DNA from: Botryllus schlosseri
Taxonomy: Eukaryota
DNA length: 60,000 nucleotides
Direction: 5' to 3'
Assembly (NCBI GenBank): GCA_051294905.1
Contig: CM119372.1
Coordinates: 23,934,001-23,994,000, forward strand
Shown here: one piece after another, positions 38,192 to 49,200 of the stretch
Layout of the letters: each line of letters opens with the position of its first letter
How positions within the stretch are numbered: position 1 is the stretch's first letter
Program-made: the position numbers and the translations under genes
Notes under the pieces: model-generated
Seen by the model: the letters and a program-made list of their open reading frames with translations, nothing else
Database searches by the model: none
What the model was told of the DNA's origin: nothing

Positions 38192-40318
38192 CAAGGGTCG
38201 GCAACCACCGGCACGCGTGCCATTTGCGGCATGCGATATTATTTTCATGGCACGACACACGACATATTATAACGGCACACGAAATATAATAACCATGTTT
38301 TTGAAACGGAAGTTTTTTAAATGTACAAAGCTCGTATGTGACCCAAAATTATTTCGTAAAGCAACATAAAATATAGTCTTTTGGGACAGATTTTATTTAT
38401 CTAAGAAAATTTCTATATTAATATGTCGGAACACCCTCCCCCCCCCCCAAAAAAAATATGTCTATATAGATAGATAGAAATAAATAAAAAATATGCATAA
38501 TGTACAGAAATGAGTTCACTTATATTAGCAATTATTACAGAACGGTAACCTAATTTACCGTTCGGAAGCTTTAGTGCAGCCTGCGGGAGCGTGACTAGTA
38601 TATGAACCGGCATTTCGTCGCTGGGCATTTTCACGCTTGGAGACAGTAGACATAACATGCGACTCCATCCGGTGTGTGCGCTGCCATAATGATTGGCAGC
38701 GATCATAATGGATAAAATAACTGCCGCACGTTGACCAAAACGTTTAATATTGATATGTCCACGGACGAATAGTTAATACGCCCCAGCTTGAGCCCCACGT
38801 ATCAGATGAGACCCACCGAGGAAAATAATGAGCCCCGCGTCGAAATGCGAATTTGGGATCGTGTTCGTCTCACGAAAGGAGATATAGTTTTAGTTTCGTC
38901 TGATACGTGTTAGCGCGATTCCAATAGATCTGGAACATTAACGACCTTGACCACGAACTTTTGAGCTTTGCAGACAAATCTAGTGCCGGACCAACCCTAA
39001 AGTGAAATCAAACCGACTTGTATGATACGTGGGCACATTTGTCATCATCAGGCCATATCATGGTAACAATTTTGATGTGCCTGTCGCTTATTGGATATGG
39101 TACCGAACACAGTTGGCTTGGAAACGGCCAAAGTAAGCGTCTAATGCGGAAGCGACCAAAATATATAGCAGGCTTCCCAACCAATACTTTTAGATACACA
39201 TTGCACTGGCGTAACTGATGTCGTTACCAGCTGCAAATTGAAGACGCCCACGACCGCCTACGTTGGAGACGCTCAACACGAGCCCAAAACTGATCATCTC
39301 GATGTTCTTTTGTGACCTGTTTTCTTTTGCCCTTTTTTATTTTATCTAATTGGAAAGTCGATATATATATATATAGCTGCAAATAAGCGGTTGGTGGATA
39401 TCTTGCTTGAAACGCTATATTATAACAAAATTTAAGAGGACTAGCAACTCAAAAAGTTGCAAGAAAATCAAAATTTTTCTCTGGTTTGAAATATTATTAT
39501 TGTATCTCTGTTGTCACCTCATGGCCATATTTCACCCAAACAATAACTAAAAACTGCAAAATCGCATGTTTCGTCCGATAACTCTATAAAATATATGGTT
39601 TGACCATTAGAAAATATATATAGATCTCCGTGTACAAATTTGTTAGATTGTTGTCAGTTCTCATTCAAGCATTCTGGCACTCATTCTTATCCTTACATAG
39701 ATAACACTTGTTCATTGACTTTTTAGTTTGCAAATGCTTGTGTTTTCCTAAATTATAAAATTTTGTTACATCGCATCGCATCACGGTAAACCAAAAATTT
39801 GTATGCAATATTTGTCTTAAATGATTTACTCAAGGTTTTCTGGAAAGCTGACATTCAGACCTCTGCTATGCTAAAAGTTCTTTGACACAGGTCTACCATG
39901 CTAAGAGTTACGTAACTTCAAATGAAACTCACAGCAAATTTAAGACAAAAATTTGAATTTTTAATTTTGAAATGAAATTTCTCCGAGATGGGTATCCCAT
40001 AATCCTTCAAATTTTTGCATAGCACATCACTGTCCTAGTACTTCCTAAATAAGGCGTTAAATCGGAAAGAGCTTCACAATTTCGAGATTTTGCATTACCT
40101 GTGTCGGTGCATTTTCTGACCTTCGAATCCACAATATGCAGAGTAGAACCAAATTTATTGTTTTTTGTATGTAACATAGCGATCTAGCGACTGAAATTTT
40201 CATGGGGACTGGGGTAGCCATCCGAGAGTTCTGTTCGAGTTGCTAGTCCCCAAAACATGTTCAGCACGCGAGCTGGTAAAATTTTGACACGCTGCATGCG
40301 AAAGGTTGCCTAGCCCTG
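38192..40318. mobile_element. Old hAT element with nested repeats, inserted in a LINE 3' UTR
   Basis: CAAGGGTCGGCAACC ... GGTTGCCTAGCCCTG termini and GGCACG motifs. Flanks are GCCTAGGC / GCCTATGT. LINE UTR sequence resumes after 40318. Confidence 0.55.
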
Positions 40319-42282
40319 GCCTATGTGGGCGTCTGATCTCAAAGACTTCTCCAAAGCCGTCTCGACCCCTTCCTATCTTTTCAATGTATCTCAATTTTGA
40401 AACGATAAAAATATTAATTACCTGATACTGCTCGCGAATGTATATAGAATTGTAGACCCCACAGAACAAGTAGTTTCAAGGCCATCTTTCTCAGGTTGGC
40501 AAATTTGGATTCGTTAAGTGACGCATAAAATTTGTCATGCTTTCAGATTGGAATTTCGCTTCATGGGTAGATGTTAGCAGGCCGCTCAAAATCAAGTCGC
40601 GGGCAGTACGTTGTTCGTCCCTGCCGTATATGAAGTACCTTGCGCATGCGTGTCTGCGTAAGGGGGGGGGGGGTCAGGGCCTCACTAGCCATGAACCTCA
40701 CCACACGTCACCGAGTTCACCGTAAGACACAAGGTAAGGGCTACGACTCGCTGTCATCAAGGTACCCAAGCCAACAAACGAGCAATCGTCCGAATGCACC
40801 AGGGATCATGGACACGGCAATCCTGTCCGCTTTCATACAAGATTTATTCAAAAATTAATACAAAACAAGGAGCCGACACACAGCGCCATCATAGTGAAAT
40901 GCCAATTCTGAAAGACGACTATTACACTCCGCTTGATCGGCTCTAGATTTGATAGTCCCTGTGAATGAAACATTGAGATGGATTAAACAGTGCCACCGAG
41001 AAAGGTCTTAGGGACAAATAAGCATCATCCACGAATAGTTGAGAATCATTAACAGCTAGCTATTCGGGATCAGTCATGCAAGATTTCTTGGTGTTGATAC
41101 CGGTACAAAATCACTGAAACTTCAAATGGTAGTTTATTTCAAGAAAATCAATACCACTAATACGACTGAATGGAAAGAGCTACTGAATATAACGAGACGC
41201 ATCTTTTTGTCAGAAGTAATACAAATCAAACTCACTTAAATTGCCATAATCTCAAATATTTTAAGCTTCATTGTGTTGTGAAACTTCCAACTTCAATATG
41301 CTTAATATTGAATCAAAAGTATTACTGTCCCATATCGAAATGTGCTCTTCAGCTAGAACAGTGGTTCCCAACTGGTGGGGTATCCCCACTGGTGTGGAAT
41401 TCAATGGTTTCTGGTGGGGATCTGGGGAAGAGACGCATTGGTTGAACATAATACACAGGATAGTCTACATATTCAAGGAGATACATGCGCGATTACCGTT
41501 ACCAATTAACTGCTCCGGTATGTATGTATCGAAGATTATATGCGTATTGTTCACAAGAACTCATTTTTAACTCTGGATAACCAATGATGGCGTCACAAAC
41601 GCATCCAGCACGAGAAATAACGCTTTCGTAAAATTTTGAGGGTTACCGGTTTCGGTTCACAATGAGTTTTATGTTGCAGTTACAGGTGATTGTCTTGCGT
41701 ACTGGTGTGGTTGTCCAATAGCAAGTTCCCGCTTAACGCCTGGCCAAATGTTACGGAGGGGCATTTTTAAAAGGTCCATAGGAGCATAGGCGCCGACTTA
41801 CGAGTGCGCCACCTCGTGACCATATTTACGAGGTGGCGGCCACCTCGTACAAAATGCTCTAACGTCCTAGTGATTTGTGACCAGTAATTAGTAAACAGGC
41901 GAATCGATGCGACCTCGTTAGAGACGTCTTCGATTTCGATATGCGCGTGTGCCAGGCGCGTAGCCACGGGGGGGGGGGGTTCGGAGGTCGAACCTCCCTA
42001 TTTGAAACGCGAAACCCCATCATTTTGAAATGATCATTCTAACTTTAATATTCAGTTGCAATTCAATAATTGTGTCAATGTTCCGCGCGGCGGGTTTGCG
42101 AGAAACGTGTTGTCAATTAGCGAGAAGAATCTGATTTTCTCCAGCTGAGATGGTCGCGAAATTAGGTCATTCATTCCCGTGCGCATGGCAATCGTCGCTA
42201 GCCTGATTTCTCGCGTCTCGATCAAACCTGGTTCCGCAGGCTTCAACAATCGAATCTGCAATAGGCCCTGTTCACACTATAT

Positions 42283-43561
42283 CAGTGGTTCCCAACCTTT
42301 TTCGACTCATCGCCCCCTTTTCAAACTCCACAGCGATCATCGCCCCCCAAATATTGGGAACCGAAAAATGGGCATACAGACTGAAATCACCGGCGAGTTG
42401 ATTAAGAAAAAACGTCAACTTTTCGGCTCTACCTCGAAATTACACTTTTACAGCTAAATTTTGGTGAGTTGACTAACAAAAAAGGTGATTTCTCCGACTT
42501 GAGTCCAAAAGGACCGTAACCACACTTTGTCACCCCTCCCCCCAATACGTTGGTCTTACCCCCCCCCCTCCCATAGGGCGATAAAGCAAACTCCTGCACC
42601 CCTCAGACCAAACTCTCCCGATACCTCTTTACCGCTACTTCTTAGCACGAATTGTTGGCCTCGAATCGGTCAATATGATCAGGAATTGCATATATAGTGC
42701 TGTCAATTTTTTATCCTCTCTCTGCTCATTCATTCAGATTTACCGGTAACGCTGAGTGAGGTGTCTTCGAAAATGTAGGGGGCGTAAATAATAATTGAAC
42801 AGATTCGGGCGGACCCGTGGGTATAATGACTTCGTTACGTAATGGCATTTCGTGGCCAGTCTGCTACGTCAAAAGATATAATCAAATCGCCCATACGTAT
42901 ACTAAACTAAAAGACGCACACGATTTCAAATTGGTACTTCTGCACTGGCAATTAATTCTCTGCGAGATGGCATTTGTTTTGTGAGGTTCTGATTGCCAGG
43001 ACAGGAACATTTGGCGCCAGACATTTAGGCGCCTATGGACAATTAAATACATATGTATGTATATCGTATATATATCGAAGTCGGTCAGCATAAAGGCAGT
43101 CCTTTTCCGCCAAGGTTTTTTCGTTCTGGACACTTCTCGGAGTCGAATGTTACATGGCCTGAAACTTCATATGTCTTGGTTCGTCATGGTGTGATAATGA
43201 CTGACGCCGAGATGCCTATTTCTATAACTCATGCGTATTATTTCTTGGAGGAAGGGTATCCAATTAGCAATTAACATGACACCACGAAATAGCGCGATGC
43301 GCGAAAAATTTTTTAAAGTGTCCTAAATTTATAAAATAATTCTCTCTAATTAATGTTAATTCACGAAAAAATTGCGGGCCCCCTTCAAGCTCGGGTCCCC
43401 CATCCCAATTGGGGGTTTGAGTGCGGCAGTTACTGTCATGGACGCCAATATAGCCATTTTAACGCGCCATCGGCCCCCTATCGCCCCCTTCGCTATTTTC
43501 GCCCCCCTGGACCGACAAATTGCCCCCTGGGGGGCGATATCGCCCACATTGGGAACCACTG
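42283..43561 (+). mobile_element. Charlie-like hAT element (relative of 37118-37488) with a nested second repeat
   Basis: TIRs CAGTGGTTCCCAA / TTGGGAACCACTG. Exact TSD CACTATAT (42275-42282, 43562-43569). Confidence 0.92.
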
Positions 43562-44919
43562 CACTATATCATCGCTTAACTGCGCAATCGCATCGGCATT
43601 GGCGGCTTCGGCCTGGTGTGCACGATATCATCGCTAGCTCACACAATAGCATCTGCAATAGGCCTGGAGTGGAAAAGATCATTGCTGAATGCTGGTGCTG
43701 GCCTATGGTCTGACTATCGCGTCTCGGGCCTAGCATGCTTTGGCTCTTATCTCTCGCTGGTTTGGCGACAATGCGGTCGAGTTTAAGCTTATTAGTGATT
43801 GTTTTATGTCATATTGATTGAAAAGCGACATCGCGAAACTGCATAACATCGAATCGCTGCGAACAGACTTTAACGTGCGAAATTGATTCCCGCTAATACT
43901 TGAACGTAACGATCAGAAGATGTGTATCATGTCTCGAGTTCTGAAATACGACAAAGGTTTGAAATCGGTGCCATCAAGTTCGGACATTTTGATTTGCAAA
44001 AACTGTAGCCGAGACTGTGTAATACGTGCGCGTATTCAATTGTTCACCAGGGATCAGGGACTCGCTAATTGACAACATTTCCAGACTCTTTGGCAAGCTT
44101 ATCATACACCTAAAATCGTGGATAGGAAGAGATTATATGATCGCAATTTACACATGTGCTCAACCCGAATTGAATTGATGATATATCAGTAAATTTGAAA
44201 CAAAAATCCAAATTCCCCTAATATTTCGACTGGCTACGCGCCTAACATGTGCTGAGAAGCACCATCCTAGATCTCCTCTCCCGATCAGGCGCCCAAATAT
44301 ACGTTCTGCTTTTCTGAAATCTAAATTATGTGCGCCCATATTCGTTTACAAAACCATTCTTGAGCTAGCTTGTGATAGGTAATCGGAGCGCGAAATTGGA
44401 GGGTGTGTCGGTGTGTGCCTGAAAATTGGAATTCATTTCTGCGCAGATTCGTTTCTATAACAAGGCTTTGCCAGTGGCATTAATCGGGAAATGCAGCAGT
44501 ACAGCTTAAACACCGATATAATGAGAAAACACAGATATAATGAGAAAACAATTGTCGCCACGATTGCTACTCAATACGGTGTCAGACTCAAAACCGATTC
44601 ATGGCGATACTGATTAGAATACACGCTTTCTCATTTGCCATCATCCATATTTCTTGTTATATACTTGATACATTCGTACTCCGAAATTCGCACGAAGTCA
44701 TTTCCAGTGTTCCTTTCATTATTAAGGTGATGCATCACAAGATTATGGGTGGCACAAATTCTGATTTCATTCTAATTCGTTTGAACAGAGAACCCTCTAC
44801 ATTCCGATAAACTTGATTGCTGGATGTACTCGTATCCAGAACAACATTATTGAATATTGAACTATTAGGCATTTAATAGACAGTGGATTTCTATTGGTAA
44901 GATCGCGGCATGCGGCCGG

Positions 44920-45836
44920 CAGTGTTGGGATCAAGTCACTACCTTCGAGTCACGAGTCATCTCGAGTCATTGCAGATTTTGACTCGAGTCAAGTCAAGTC
45001 AATTGATTTTCGAAGGTGACTCGAGTCAAGTCAAGTCACTCGATTTTTGGAGGTGACTCGAGTCAAGTCATGAGTCAAGTCACAATTCAAGTCAAATTGA
45101 ATTTTCGAAGTAAGAGTGATGATTCAAAGTCATAACATTTTGCCAGCTGTGAGAAAGACGATTAATTAGCCATTTATCTCGAATAAAATAACGAATATAA
45201 AGTTAAATATACATGCAAAATTGCATTGTATCGCACACGCACACGTAGAACAACTAATAAAATACGTGAGTAACTGTATAGTTACATGCTATAGTATGTT
45301 ATTAATGTTATTATCAGCCAAAATAGAGATTCGAATACGAAGCCTCTAGAATATAAGTGCATGAACTAAATTCATTCTATTTAAATCATACAAGATGGTT
45401 GGTAAAGGTGACCACTGCGCAATGTAAGCACTGAGCCATTTAAGAAACAGAGATACGTTGCTATTAATCTACTTACTACTATACGGCAACGTAAGCTGTG
45501 ATAATTTCGTTTGCGGTCAATATATTTGTGATGTAACAAGGGAGGACCAGTGAAACGTACAATAATTGAATGGTTGCTCTCACAACTCACAAGTGCCACT
45601 GGCGTATTGCTAATAATCCGAATATACACATGATACAGGGATTTGGTCAAGACCGTTTACTTATTGATGACTTGAAATTGACTCGTAAATTTTGCTCCGA
45701 GTCACGAGTCAATCCGCATTTCTGAAGCGCCGAGTCAAGTCAAGTCAAGTCATTTTTGCAAAGTGACTCGAGTCAAGTCAAGTCATACGAAAAAGTTGAC
45801 TCGAGTCAAGTCATGACTCGAGTCATCCCAACACTG
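44920..45836 (-). mobile_element. hAT MITE, GACTCGAGTC family (917 bp)
   Basis: TIRs CAGTGTTGGGAT / ATCCCAACACTG. TSD GCGGCCGG (44912-44919, 45837-45844). Confidence 0.93.
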
Positions 45837-46292
45837 GCGGCCGGAAGTGGAATTAATTCTAGCCCAGGGGTGGCCAACCCGCGGCCGTAGAAGGAAATTT
45901 GTGCGACCTTCAACACGTAACTTAATTAGTATGCGTTGGCGGCCGTCGACATGCAGATTGAATTTACGAATTGACCGATGTACTCCCGAAATGCTTCGCG
46001 AACTTAAATCGGGAAATGCACCAATGTTTTAATCATCAAACAATTGCCGCGATGCGAGTTGGTCAACACAAGCAAGAAACCGCTAGAGACAATTACTGAT
46101 TGGCTGCGCGATTTTGCGTTTGTAATAATCATTATTGTCTGCTGGAAGTATTCGAGAGTTGTCGTGTGTTGTGTTACTTGCAAGGCCAGTGCGTAGTGTA
46201 TTTCGTTACGCACACGGGGCATTGCGCGTGAATAACATCGTTGCAACTGCAGATTCCGTCAACATCGCTCACCTGACAACTTGAAAGAACTG

Positions 46293-49200
46293 CTAATACC
46301 GTTTGCTTGGAGCGATGTCATAATCCCTGAAGAAATTACGAACGACCAGTTATTACAATTTCGCAAACAGAGCATTATTAGCATATAATCAACAGTGGAT
46401 GAAAAATATCTTACTGCAAAGTAGTCAAATTCAGGAGCAAATTATTGGCGTCAAGGTAGACTTTATTTTGGGACTGCGACAGCTGAAACGGTAAAGGAAC
46501 AGAATTACGTAATACCAAAACAACACCAGCTCCAGCACAAAGATTCAATGCAATCCTCAACTTGGTCATTTGTTTCGCCAGTTGAATCGAGTATTGCTTC
46601 AATGTGAAGAGAGTCAAGCACAGAAATTGCAAACATTCAACAAATTTTGATGAACAATGACGGTGGTGCTACAACAACAACAACAACCCACAACCACTCG
46701 AGTCAGCTTACATGGGTAGGGTAGAATTTCATTTGTAGATTAGATCAATTTCGTAAATAAGGTCAGAGTTGAGCAGGTATAGAGGACATATTTGATTGAA
46801 ACATTCAAAATCACAAGGCCCTCAACTTAAACCGGTAATCAGTTGAACTTTTCAAAGAGACAACCTCATATTGCAAGTGACTAGTTCAGTCTAGACCAGA
46901 TTAGGGGTCATACTAAAAAGGCTTGGGAGAGGCCTACAAGGTAGCCTGAAACCCTACCGCTACACATCTCATGCGGAAGGACAATGAGCAATGCATAGAA
47001 TATCAACAAGCAGTCATGCTTCAGTAGCGTGGTCTGATAGCATCCCACAGAATAAATTCAGAAAACAAAATAAAATTTTACCGTTTTTGCAATGGATTGT
47101 GCGGCACGTATTCTTCGCAATTTCAAGTAAGCGGGATTCTTGCTGATAGCTTCGCCGATGTGTCAAATGGACAGAATCAAGGACCACAAAACGCCAGTTC
47201 AAAAACTACACACAGAGAATTTGCAAGGTTGCCATCAGATTACTAAATATTTCGGTCATATACAATTGCCGCCTCAAGGAAGCTTCGAAAACAATTAGGG
47301 TACAAGTGACTTTGTCCCTTCTCGTTCAAGTCAGGCGCACGGCGCTTCAGTGCCCTGAGAGTCTACACGAGAAGGCTGTTTCTTAGTACATGACTTTACA
47401 GAGGGCAGCCAACTGCCCATCGGGGGATTTCACAATCCTTTCCGATGGTCGGACGCGCCCACCAAGTTTACATGCACAGGGTTTTCGACGCCAAGGACGG
47501 CAAGAGATACCATTCGCCTTTGATCATCACACGACAACAATAGATCAAACATGCAAACAAGAAGGTACAAATCGGAAAAAAATTGCAAAGGATATCATTT
47601 TTGCGATTTGAGCTTCTCCCTCGGCTTGCACCACTTTCTCCTGCCGGTCTTGTTTCGCACGTTCCACCACAAACTGGGCTCTCTGTGCTTCCTGTTGAGC
47701 TGTTGAAAAGGAATACGAGTTGGCTATTTCAACTAGAGCCAAACCGATATTTGCATTCGTAGAAATATCATGGACCATTTTTTGGACAGCCCAATGACAT
47801 CATCACTTCATCTACTACGTTCTCTGATCATTACAATTATCCCAGGTATGTTTCTTGCTAAGCATTGGAAATTATTACCATGTTAAAATGTGCATTCTAT
47901 GCTATTGCTATGAAACGTTATGCGGCAGTACTGCCATATCAGTACACACCCCAGTTGACAGAGTCTGATTACAGGCTACTGCCATTCTGAAATTGGTGGG
48001 GGATCTAATTTCAATGCTAAATCACATTTATTTCACTAAACGCATGGATCGATATGTTCCATGCTCGATAACTGACAGAAGAAACATATCAGCTGGATAT
48101 TCACACAGTTCCGGGGCGCCGGCATTTCACTGTCATACCTTGAAGGGGCATCTCAGGTACAGGAACACGGACCAGAGAGACTTTTGAGACGCCCATTTAA
48201 TGATGTTAAACTCTAACTGAGCAACAACCCTTTCAGAGCCACAGTAGGGTGGAGTGAAAAATGAAAAATGGAAAATTTTGAATTTCAAAACGGACACTTG
48301 ATATGTGGTGCCAAATTAAAAAAAAATAATTTCTGTAATAATTTTGGAGTCATCCATCAAGCAATCTGAACCATCTTGCTCAATTCTGCATTGAGGTTTA
48401 TTGTCCGTCATGGTTTGAAATAAAAAGGCACGATTCCATTGTTGATGGTGCTAAAAACTTCTGCAACAAAGTTTCCCATGTTACTTAAAGCTTTCTAATA
48501 CACAATTCGTAACCTTGCACTATCTTTGCTACAACAAAAGGCATGTTTTGCACATCTGGGAATGCTCGGTGATGATGATGATGAAGGCCTCAGAAGACTT
48601 GCAAGACTACAACTATGAGCAGATCAAACAGAATATCAGATTCCAATTGACGACTTAGAAGGAGGATATGTTAATGAACCGAAACCTAAAAACAACGTTG
48701 ATACTAGAATCAGATTGTTAAAAATCCCAATTATAAACATCAAGGCCAAATCCTACCACTTAATTGTCAACTTGCATCTAAGAGATGCGGAACAGCCACC
48801 AGCAATCAAAAACTTTTCATATCTCGAACCGGAAAATCCAAGGTCATCACCATTAAGGATCAATCATCCTTGGCACAACCAGGCAGTGGAAAGAGACGTT
48901 AAAGTGGTGACCGAAGCATATGCCGATTGCCCATGTGTCGGGATTTGAACGTAGAGATGGCCTCATCACACAGAAACTGAAATCTCGAAAGCAGATGAAA
49001 TCCTTTATTACGAAACAAGATTTTAAAGTTTGTGCATAATAATACTCTGGTAGTGAAACCATATTCGAAATATTTTTTTTTTCAATATAGAATTGATGTT
49101 TTTGTGTTTTCAATATGGATTTGCAATTTATGTGCTTAAATATAGAGTTATCAGTCATAAGATCAATCACTACACGCTTTTGGCCTCTTAGCCTGCTTCA

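Noticed and set aside
46860..47050. Box C/D snoRNA in PHB2 intron 8 (CTGA boxes with possible guides)
   Set aside because: No canonical box C and no recognisable rRNA/snRNA complementarity.
47500..47514. ATGGTATCTC in the scaRNA is complementary to U1 snRNA GAGAUACCAU
   Set aside because: It is only 10 nt and not followed by a recognisable D' box, so it may be chance.
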